IMG/VR virus record: IMGVR_UViG_3300037743_000354
Location: 1-38,746 of that record
DNA from: a virus
Lineage: Duplodnaviria; Caudoviricetes
Length of the DNA stretch: 38,746 nucleotides
Strand: one strand, 5' to 3'
In this document: one piece after another, positions 31,685 through 38,746 of the stretch
Numbering within the stretch: the stretch's first letter is position 1
Layout: every line of letters starts with the position of its first letter
Made by a program: the position numbers and the translations under genes
The notes under the pieces: model-generated
What the model was told of the DNA's origin: nothing
The model's input: the letters and a program-made list of their open reading frames with translations, nothing else
Databases searched by the model: none

Positions 31685-34516
31685 AGGCATTCCTGAGTCT
31701 GCATGATTTTCTTGTACAGCTTCCGCAGTTTGCAGAGTCTGGAGATGCACAAAATACTTCTCCGATTCAAAACTGTCTGCTTCTTTTATTTCCCTTTTTT
31801 GCCCCGGAACAAAGCCGTACCTGAGTTTTGCCGCCTGCAAAGCCAGCGCAGCGGAATCGGCCTCATCCGGGCTCTTGGCGAGGGAGGGGAGTATAGCTCC
31901 CATTCTTTTCCGGTACTCTACTTTTGATTCAAGTGTTCTCTTGGTTCCTTTTACCTCTACAAGCCTTGAGGTAAGTTGCCGCATGGCCGTAAGGTCCAGC
32001 CCTCGTATTTGGTCGTGGGTAATGAACTCCCGGAAGTCGGTCCAGAGTTCTAAGGTAGTTTTTATAGTTACATCGAAACTGTCCGTTCCCTGCCGCCCAA
32101 ACTTTACGCTGTATATTTTGAAGGGCTCCTCTATAGTTCCCGCAGTGAGTCGAAGTACTTCTCCGAGGGCTCTTCCCTGTCCGTTGCAGTCTATCGCCAG
32201 GTCGCTTAAACTCATATTGAAACGATCCATTATTTTTAAAACCCCTTTAGCGATCTGTTTTTCAACCGATTCTTTTTTCTTAGCGTTTATATCTATTCTA
32301 AAGAGTAAGTCTTCTCCCCGGTAGTCCATTACTATATTTCCGGCTATGTCTTGTCCGAGTACCGCTAAGCGAAGTATGCAACTGTCTCCCCCTGAACTGA
32401 AGGCAGGATCTAACCCTCCTACAACATGGAGTTGATGCAGCCCTGACCAATGGGCTGTTTTTCTTACTCCGTATTCCGCAAGAAAGGACTCGCTTATAAC
32501 GGTTTCATCCGATGCATCTCCTGCCCAAAACCCCAGAATAAACCTGTAAAAGCTTTCACTGCCTTCCCCGTAGGTAATTTTTGCCTCCTCAATTCCTGAG
32601 CGGTTTATGAGAAATTTTTCTAACTCAATTTTTCGGGAAGGATCTTTTTCCCGTATTGCCGGGGAGTCGTAGCAAGAAAAGAAAAGGCACACCCCGTTTT
32701 TTTGAGTTGTTCTCCATTTGGTCATGGTTTTGGGGTCGACCGAATTCCATCCGTCTTCCGGTGTACTGAGAGATCCATGAAGATCGAATTTGGATAGACT
32801 GTTTCCGATAATAGCGCACTGAAAGAACTCTTGGTTTCCTTCCAGGTTAGGTACGGCTCCGAGGATGGAGACCGGAAGGTCGGGTCCTTCATCGAGAATA
32901 AGCATCAAACCCTTCTTAGGGTGGCGTCCGATCCAGTTAGAGATAGCAGTTGCGTCATCCCCTTTTTTTGCGGCTACTGCAAATATCCCATGTATAGTGT
33001 CCTCCCGGTTATAAAGGACTTTAGGGGGTTTTCCTCTGAAATAGGTATGCTGTAACGGGAGAGTCATCTCTTGTCTTAAATTAGAGAGGTACCCCCATAT
33101 TCTTCCCGATAAGCTGTCCAGCGTAGTGGAAGCTATAACAACGGCGCGGTTGGAGGGGTTAGCAAGCCAGAAAAGCCATGCTATTTTGGCATAGTCGAAA
33201 CTATTGTGAGTAACTATATAGTCATCAGTAATATAAAGGCCGTTAGGATTAGAAACTGTAATACATTGACAGTTCTCTTGCCCAACTTTTTTTATTGAAG
33301 CAATTATTTTTCTTTTTTTCCTAATGCTTTGGAATAAAGATATATAAAGAGACCACGAGTCTGTACAAAATATTTTTTCTTTTTTAGAATTTCTATAATA
33401 TGTTTTTTTAGGACCGTTGCAAGTTGCATGGAACCCTAGACCTCTTGCAAGGTCTAAACACTGAAAAGCAAGTTCTTTGTTACTGAGTTGCAGCCTCCAA
33501 CTTTTAGAGTTTTTATAGAAGTGCCCATCCGCATCAAGAATCCCGAAAAGAAGTTCTTTTCTTATTTGAGGGGCAGCGTATAAATATTCTTTAGGAATAG
33601 TTTTTTCAGTGCTCTTTTTATCTTTTAATTCCGGGTAACTCCTAATAATACCGCGTAAACCTCTAAAACGAATTATGAAGCAATTTCGATTTTTATGTTT
33701 AGTTACTGTGCAGTTTGGCCACAAGGATGCAAGTCGTTGTGCCAGTGTTTTAGTAGGGGTTATTACGGTTACACTTGCTCCAGACGTACAGTTTCCATTT
33801 CCAATGAAGTAACCCAGTAACCAGGGGGAGACAGGGAGCGGAGTATGCACCCCTGTTACTTCTACAGGGTAAGAGGTTGAAAGATTTCTTTTAATATATT
33901 TAAGGCACTCAGATGTGGTGTATAGGTGTTTTTTTCCGTTACTACGATCACGCTGTTTTTTACTTTGAACTTCCCATAAGTGATCTTCCGTAGTATAAGT
34001 TGTACTTCCGTCGGAAAAAGATACCTTATAGATATCTTTAACTCCTTGAGGGTGAATGGCAGTTACAAACTGAATTCCTCCTTTTGTGTCGCAAATCATG
34101 TCCCCTTCTTTTAGAGACCCTATAGTAATCCATCCAGAAGGTCCTCTGACTTTGGCCCATAAAGGTTGGGCCTTTGCGGTAGATGCGCCTCCCGCTAAGC
34201 TGATATAGGTCCAATTCTCACAGTGGGTGTAGAAGCGCCTCTCTGTCCAGTCATGCCAGAGAGTATTAGGCCAGAGGTAATCATGCATGGCTTTGAAGTG
34301 CAGATACCGTATATCAGGATTGCCGGAAGTTCTGTATAGTTTGGAGTGAATAGCGAAAGGGTGCGTTATGGGAAACTTTTCGCCGTATACTGAAACATAC
34401 TCTATTTCATAAGGTAAATTTCCGTCGTCAGGGTCAACTTTTTCTTTTACAAGTTCCCATGACTCCTCTTTTCGTATAAGTTCTCTATACCCGGTTATTA
34501 CTTTAGATTTGGACAT
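31628..34516 (-). CDS. terL: Terminase large subunit with intein
   Basis: Walker A GGASTAK|S split by an intein; Walker B LILDE; coupling motif IGN; nuclease acidic motifs GLDPAF.GGD, AIDCNGQG and KSPDEADS. Confidence 0.9.
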   Translation of the reverse strand: MSKSKVITGYRELIRKEESWELVKEKVDPDDGNLPYEIEYVSVYGEKFPITHPFAIHSKLYRTSGNPDIRYLHFKAMHDYLWPNTLWHDWTERRFYTHCENWTYISLAGGASTAKAQPLWAKVRGPSGWITIGSLKEGDMICDTKGGIQFVTAIHPQGVKDIYKVSFSDGSTTYTTEDHLWEVQSKKQRDRSNGKKHLYTTSECLKYIKRNLSTSYPVEVTGVHTPLPVSPWLLGYFIGNGNCTSGASVTVITPTKTLAQRLASLWPNCTVTKHKNRNCFIIRFRGLRGIIRSYPELKDKKSTEKTIPKEYLYAAPQIRKELLFGILDADGHFYKNSKSWRLQLSNKELAFQCLDLARGLGFHATCNGPKKTYYRNSKKEKIFCTDSWSLYISLFQSIRKKRKIIASIKKVGQENCQCITVSNPNGLYITDDYIVTHNSFDYAKIAWLFWLANPSNRAVVIASTTLDSLSGRIWGYLSNLRQEMTLPLQHTYFRGKPPKVLYNREDTIHGIFAVAAKKGDDATAISNWIGRHPKKGLMLILDEGPDLPVSILGAVPNLEGNQEFFQCAIIGNSLSKFDLHGSLSTPEDGWNSVDPKTMTKWRTTQKNGVCLFFSCYDSPAIREKDPSRKIELEKFLINRSGIEEAKITYGEGSESFYRFILGFWAGDASDETVISESFLAEYGVRKTAHWSGLHQLHVVGGLDPAFSSGGDSCILRLAVLGQDIAGNIVMDYRGEDLLFRIDINAKKKESVEKQIAKGVLKIMDRFNMSLSDLAIDCNGQGRALGEVLRLTAGTIEEPFKIYSVKFGRQGTDSFDVTIKTTLELWTDFREFITHDQIRGLDLTAMRQLTSRLVEVKGTKRTLESKVEYRKRMGAILPSLAKSPDEADSAALALQAAKLRYGFVPGQKREIKEADSFESEKYFVHLQTLQTAEAVQENHADSGMPSSDFSTGLESLPRLEDII
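33203..34171 (-). mobile_element. Class 3 intein (323 aa) with LAGLIDADG homing endonuclease
   Basis: Starts AQPL (Ala1) and ends IVTHN before the Ser+1. Shows the WCT triplet: DHLW (block B), CQCITV (block F) and VTHN (block G). LAGLIDADG helices LLGYFIGNG and LLFGILDADG. Confidence 0.9.
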
Positions 34517-34524
34517 TTCCGTTT

Positions 34525-35160
34525 ATGTTTAAGCAATTAAAGCCTTTTCAAGCTCCGAGAGCGTTTGTTTTTACCGACCCCGATACGAATTTCCGCTTTA
34601 GAGCGAAAACGAAAAAAGAATTAATACAGAGAATAGTAGCATACAGGGATCAGAACAACCTGGAACCTTTAGAAGAGCTTGGAATTGTACTAGAAAACTA
34701 TTGGTGCTCTCTTCCGAGGAACCAGGGAAGATGCGAGCCTGTAAAAGAGTTAAAACGAGGGGTGATGGGCTATTTAAAAGGAGGGTTCGTTTTAGCAAAG
34801 AACCTTTGGTACGGCGATAAGAATATGGTATCCCCGAAAGAAGCGGATAGGCGCGGGGTAATATGCCTTACATGCATACATAACAGGTTTCCCGATAAGA
34901 AAGCTTACCAGCGGTGGGCCGATGAGATTGCAGTTCATTCGATAGGAAAAAAAAGAAGTACATACCATGACGCCTTGGGAAATTGTGAGGTATGTTCATG
35001 CCCTCTTAGAGCAAAAGTGTGGTACGGAGGGGAAATTACTCTTACCAAGCAAGAAAGAAGACAAATGCAAAAAGTTAATTGCTGGCAAATAGAAGCGGAA
35101 AGAACCCAGAAAACAAAGGCATCCGGGGATGATCTTACTTTAGAAGAGGCCCATGGTTGA
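34525..35160 (+). CDS. Cys-rich (CxxC, CxxCxC) putative zinc-binding protein
   Basis: R..ICLTC..N, CEVCSCPL.AKVW and CW; first gene of the head operon. Confidence 0.7.
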   Translation: MFKQLKPFQAPRAFVFTDPDTNFRFRAKTKKELIQRIVAYRDQNNLEPLEELGIVLENYWCSLPRNQGRCEPVKELKRGVMGYLKGGFVLAKNLWYGDKNMVSPKEADRRGVICLTCIHNRFPDKKAYQRWADEIAVHSIGKKRSTYHDALGNCEVCSCPLRAKVWYGGEITLTKQERRQMQKVNCWQIEAERTQKTKASGDDLTLEEAHG

Positions 35161-37576
35161 AAGTATCAGCGGGGGAGAAGTAGCAGGGGGGAGTTCTGGA
35201 TTTTTAAGAGGTCAACTTACTCTTAACAATAGTGACATTCTAAAAGCCCCTAAGAATATTATTCCGACGGTTCAGGCGGCTCATGCAATTTATTGGAAGT
35301 ACCGCCAAGATCATTTAAAACGAATTGCTCTTTATGCGCAAATAGAAGGGCTTCTTTCTGGGAACCCTCCGTATAATCCGGTAGAGCTGTCAAAGCAGGG
35401 TCTATCGCACATTGCTAATTTTAATACACTAGAAGCCAGGTCTCAGTATGAAAGATCAGCTCTTTCATATTGGAATCTTCTAAACGAAGCGGAAACTATC
35501 TGTAAGTTTGAATTATTCTTGCCCGATGTTTCTCAAGCCATGGGCTGGGCATCTACTATGTCCCTTGAATGGGATAGGGTAGTCAGATTATGGCCGAGCT
35601 TTACTACTCAGGTGAACCAGTTAACATCTCAAATTGTTAAATTTGGTCTTTCCCCGGTTCTTTGGACGGATGAACGGGACTGGAGATGGAAAACAATAGA
35701 GCTTTCCCGTTTTTACGTGCAGGACCAGGCTCTTTCTGATATCTCACAGCTTACTGTTGTATGTGTAGAATCAATTTTCACGGCGCAGTACCTTTTTGAA
35801 GTTTACACGCATTATAAGGATAAAAAAGAAAATACTCCTTGGGATCCGGAAGCTCTTTCTACGTTGCTTCTTTTCTACGCCAATACCTGGGCGAAGAATA
35901 CCCAAATGGGAGAGTTTACTGACTTGATGGATCTTCAGAGAAGACTTCAAAACGGAGACCTTGCCTGGGATACAATTTTCTCAGACGGAATTAGACTTGT
36001 TTCGATGCTAAACCAGGAATATGACGGGAAAATCACCCATTCCATATTCCACCGAACATTCACTACTACCGAGTTTCTATACTTCGCCGATAGGCAGTAT
36101 GAATGCCTTTCTGATGCGATGATGATATTCACTGCATCGGCAGGGGAATTTACACTGCATTCCAACAGAGGGTTAGGGCATAAGATTCTCTCCGCTTCGC
36201 AAGCTATGATGCGTTTAGACTGTTCCATTGTCGATATGTCGAGAATGGCATCGACTCCTTTAATTAGAGGTATATCCACCGGAAGCAGGGATTTTAAGGC
36301 TATTCGTTTTCTTCCCGGAGTAGCCACGGATATAGGAACTGCCGAGTTTATTCAGAATCAACTGGGTGCAAATATCGAACAGCTTGTTGGGGCATCTCAG
36401 TTCCTTTCACAAAAAATTCAATTCAATGCGGCTAATTCAGGGGATGACCCAAGTTCTCCTGACAGGAGCCATGGAAGCAGAACTCCGGTAGAAACAAAGT
36501 TTAGAGCGTACCGTGAGTTTGGGATCTTAAAGCATAACGTTGCTCATTTCTACGAACAGTTTGATACCGTTATTAGAAACATGGTGTCTAAGATGCTTCG
36601 CTGTAAGCCCGCTTATCCCGGTTATGAGTATGTAAAAGAATGGGAAGAGAGGTGCATTCAGTACGGGGTCCCCCCCGAAATAATGAAAATGATTAAAGAA
36701 CCCTCGAAGTTTGGTATCTCAAAGTATATGGATGTCAGAGCTACCCGTGTAGCGGGAGACGGGTCCACGTTAGGAAAAATAATGTCTTTAAATGACCTTT
36801 CTCCACTTGTTCCAAGTTTCAGCGCAAGAGGGGTAAGGGAGTACCAGAAGCAATATGTAATTGCTACACAAGGAAAAGAAGCGGTTTATGCTTATCTTCC
36901 TGAGATGGAAGAATCGGATGAGCGTTCCGGAGGAGCATCCCTTGCAGGTGTTGAAAACGCAATTATGCAGGCTGGTAAGAGTGGAATAGTTTCTCAAGAT
37001 AACGATCACCGTGCCCATTTTGTAACCCACATGGCTGTAGCGACAAATATTATTGAACAAATACAGCAACAACAGATGACTCCTATTGATGCCGAACGTG
37101 TATTTGCAGTACTTATACCTCATATGGACGAACACTGGCAGTTTCTAGCTTCTAATCCGCTTGAGGTAGAATTTGTACAGAAGTTACAAGATCCCTGGAA
37201 GCAGGTAGGAGAATATGCGCGTCTAAACCGTAAGAATGCTGGAGAAATGTTAAAAGCTCAAATAAGGCAACAGCAGCAAGAGCAGCAGCAGCAGCAAGAT
37301 GCGATGACAGAACAGCAAAGGAAAGATTGGATAGCGCAAAAAGAGCAGAGAAGAAAAGATATAGAGTCAGAAGAGAAAATGGAACGAAACCGCGAGCAAT
37401 CAGAAACACGCGGGGAGATAATGAGAGAAAAGGTCATAAAAGATTCAGATACAAAGAGGTTAAAAGTACAGCTTGAGGCGAATTCAGATCAGCCTGAAGA
37501 CCAGACTTTAGAACAAAATAGAGAACAGTTACGGGATATAGGAGGGGAAACCCCCGCACCTTATGACATTGAATGA
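35153..37576 (+). CDS. Probable portal (head-tail connector) protein
   Basis: 807 aa, helical, with a long Gln/Glu-rich C-terminal coiled coil (as in barrel-bearing podovirus portals). It lies next to terL and before a scaffold-like gene. Assigned mainly by synteny and architecture. Confidence 0.65.
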   Translation: MVESISGGEVAGGSSGFLRGQLTLNNSDILKAPKNIIPTVQAAHAIYWKYRQDHLKRIALYAQIEGLLSGNPPYNPVELSKQGLSHIANFNTLEARSQYERSALSYWNLLNEAETICKFELFLPDVSQAMGWASTMSLEWDRVVRLWPSFTTQVNQLTSQIVKFGLSPVLWTDERDWRWKTIELSRFYVQDQALSDISQLTVVCVESIFTAQYLFEVYTHYKDKKENTPWDPEALSTLLLFYANTWAKNTQMGEFTDLMDLQRRLQNGDLAWDTIFSDGIRLVSMLNQEYDGKITHSIFHRTFTTTEFLYFADRQYECLSDAMMIFTASAGEFTLHSNRGLGHKILSASQAMMRLDCSIVDMSRMASTPLIRGISTGSRDFKAIRFLPGVATDIGTAEFIQNQLGANIEQLVGASQFLSQKIQFNAANSGDDPSSPDRSHGSRTPVETKFRAYREFGILKHNVAHFYEQFDTVIRNMVSKMLRCKPAYPGYEYVKEWEERCIQYGVPPEIMKMIKEPSKFGISKYMDVRATRVAGDGSTLGKIMSLNDLSPLVPSFSARGVREYQKQYVIATQGKEAVYAYLPEMEESDERSGGASLAGVENAIMQAGKSGIVSQDNDHRAHFVTHMAVATNIIEQIQQQQMTPIDAERVFAVLIPHMDEHWQFLASNPLEVEFVQKLQDPWKQVGEYARLNRKNAGEMLKAQIRQQQQEQQQQQDAMTEQQRKDWIAQKEQRRKDIESEEKMERNREQSETRGEIMREKVIKDSDTKRLKVQLEANSDQPEDQTLEQNREQLRDIGGETPAPYDIE

Positions 37577-37961
37577 TTGGGCAGAGAAAGAATTAACAGA
37601 CTTGGTATCAAAACGAGAACCCGATTTAGAGAAGATTAATCAAAGCATCAGGGTTCTTAATCTTACAGGTGTATTTAAAATTCTTAACGAAGGAGGCCGC
37701 GTTAGAAAGGTTCCATCGGAATCTATTAATTACTCCGCTGCAATAATTTACGAAGCAGGAAGGAGTGCGGGATACCAAGAAGCTTTAGAAGATTTAAGCA
37801 GGTTTATGGAAAAGTATATTTATGGGCGTATTGTGGGGGGAATATCTCTTCCCCCTGAAGAATATGGTTGGGCAGATGTGGCCGTTCAAAGCGGCAATTT
37901 AACACAGGAGGAAGTAGATGAACTCAAGCGATCAGGGGATGCCCCAGGCTCCTCAAAGTAG
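37563..37961 (+). CDS. Hypothetical protein between portal and scaffold
   Basis: 132-aa ORF overlapping both neighbours. Confidence 0.6.
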   Translation: MTLNDWAEKELTDLVSKREPDLEKINQSIRVLNLTGVFKILNEGGRVRKVPSESINYSAAIIYEAGRSAGYQEALEDLSRFMEKYIYGRIVGGISLPPEEYGWADVAVQSGNLTQEEVDELKRSGDAPGSSK

Positions 37962-38746
37962 CCATCCAGCGGAGAACTATCAATCTGTTTCTGATGTAGT
38001 TCCAAGAGAGATATTAAACTCCAGGGCTGGAACTAATGCCCTGGTACAGCCTGAACCGGGAGAAACTCCTCTTCAGGTAATTCAGCGCAATATGGCCTTA
38101 AAAGGGATTAATGGAGGGGCTGTGGAAGTTCCAAATCCGTCCTCTTCAGAGCCTCAAGAATCCCCTAAAAGTCTTATTTTTGAAGCAGATCCGGAACAGG
38201 TGCGGGAGGATAAAAATCTTTCTGTAAAAGAAGAGCTTCCCGGTAAAGATCCATCTATTGAAGTTTCTCCGGAAGCGGAAGATACAGAGGATGAAAATAG
38301 AGTTCCGGAAGACCCGCAGCAAATTAATTTCAAAAAATTGAGAGCGTCAGTTAGAGAAACAAAAACACAGCTTCAAGAAAGAGAGACAGAGCTTGAAAGA
38401 ATAAAATCAGAAAATGAGAAATTAAAAACAGGAGAAATACTTCCCGAAGTAATAGAGCAAAAAGAAGCTGAAATCGCGAGATTAAGGCGCTATGAAAAGA
38501 TTGTAGATTTAAAGCTTTCTCCGGAGTACGAAGATTCTTATATAAAACCCCTTCACGATATAGATACAAAGCTTGAACAGATTGCGACTGATTATGAAAT
38601 TCCTCCCGAAGTAGTAAAGAAAGCTACCACGATAAAGAATAGAGCAGAGCTTAATCGTTTTTTGACTGCGCATTTTGATGACGTAGGGGCTCTTGAAGTT
38701 AAAAATCTTGTTATAGAAGCTCAAACCCTCCAAACCAAAGCTCAGG
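37918..38746 (+). CDS. Probable capsid scaffolding protein, 3'-truncated (not in the ORF track)
   Basis: AGGAGG RBS and ATG at 37918, open to the window end. Acidic Pro/Glu-rich disordered N-terminus, then NFKKLR and a coiled coil. Confidence 0.65.
   Translation, partial: MNSSDQGMPQAPQSSHPAENYQSVSDVVPREILNSRAGTNALVQPEPGETPLQVIQRNMALKGINGGAVEVPNPSSSEPQESPKSLIFEADPEQVREDKNLSVKEELPGKDPSIEVSPEAEDTEDENRVPEDPQQINFKKLRASVRETKTQLQERETELERIKSENEKLKTGEILPEVIEQKEAEIARLRRYEKIVDLKLSPEYEDSYIKPLHDIDTKLEQIATDYEIPPEVVKKATTIKNRAELNRFLTAHFDDVGALEVKNLVIEAQTLQTKAQ

Noticed and set aside
20412-32202. Diversity-generating retroelement template/variable repeat pair
   Set aside because: No reverse transcriptase in the window, the copy is short and inverted, has one mismatch, and targets a catalytic motif rather than a C-terminal variable region.
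1-38746. tRNA/rRNA genes, integrase, transposase, or stop-codon reassignment
   Set aside because: None recognised by eye. TAA, TAG and TGA all end well-supported genes. A tRNAscan/Infernal run would be needed to exclude RNA genes.

Overview
The window is a 38.7 kb slice of a tailed dsDNA phage genome (podovirus-like gene content), probably infecting a Gram-negative host, cut at both ends inside genes. It begins with the 3' part of a giant (>1,900 aa) virion/ejection-type protein carrying an HExxH motif. A long leftward block follows: RuvC-like resolvase, small basic proteins, a signal-peptide protein, glycosyltransferases, family A DNA polymerase, SSB, DUF2800-type nuclease, an Acb2/Tad1-like anti-defence protein, an LpxR-like lipid A deacylase, an Sm-like protein, a peptide array and an SNF2 helicase. 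Next come a rightward primase/SF3 helicase, an iteron/AT-rich origin candidate and a SAM methyltransferase, then a leftward early-type cluster with DUF932. The end holds an intein-containing large terminase, head-to-head with a Cys-rich gene, a probable portal and a probable scaffold. The most unusual element is at 19.3-21.0 kb: five paralogous short ORFs that all start MKIT(F/Y) and continue as Ser-X (SR/SW) dipeptide repeats, followed by an Sm/Hfq-like gene and a terminator. One of these ORFs carries a 46-nt, 45/46-identical copy of this phage's terminase nuclease-motif sequence, in antisense orientation. All family assignments come from motif recognition by eye; no searches were run.
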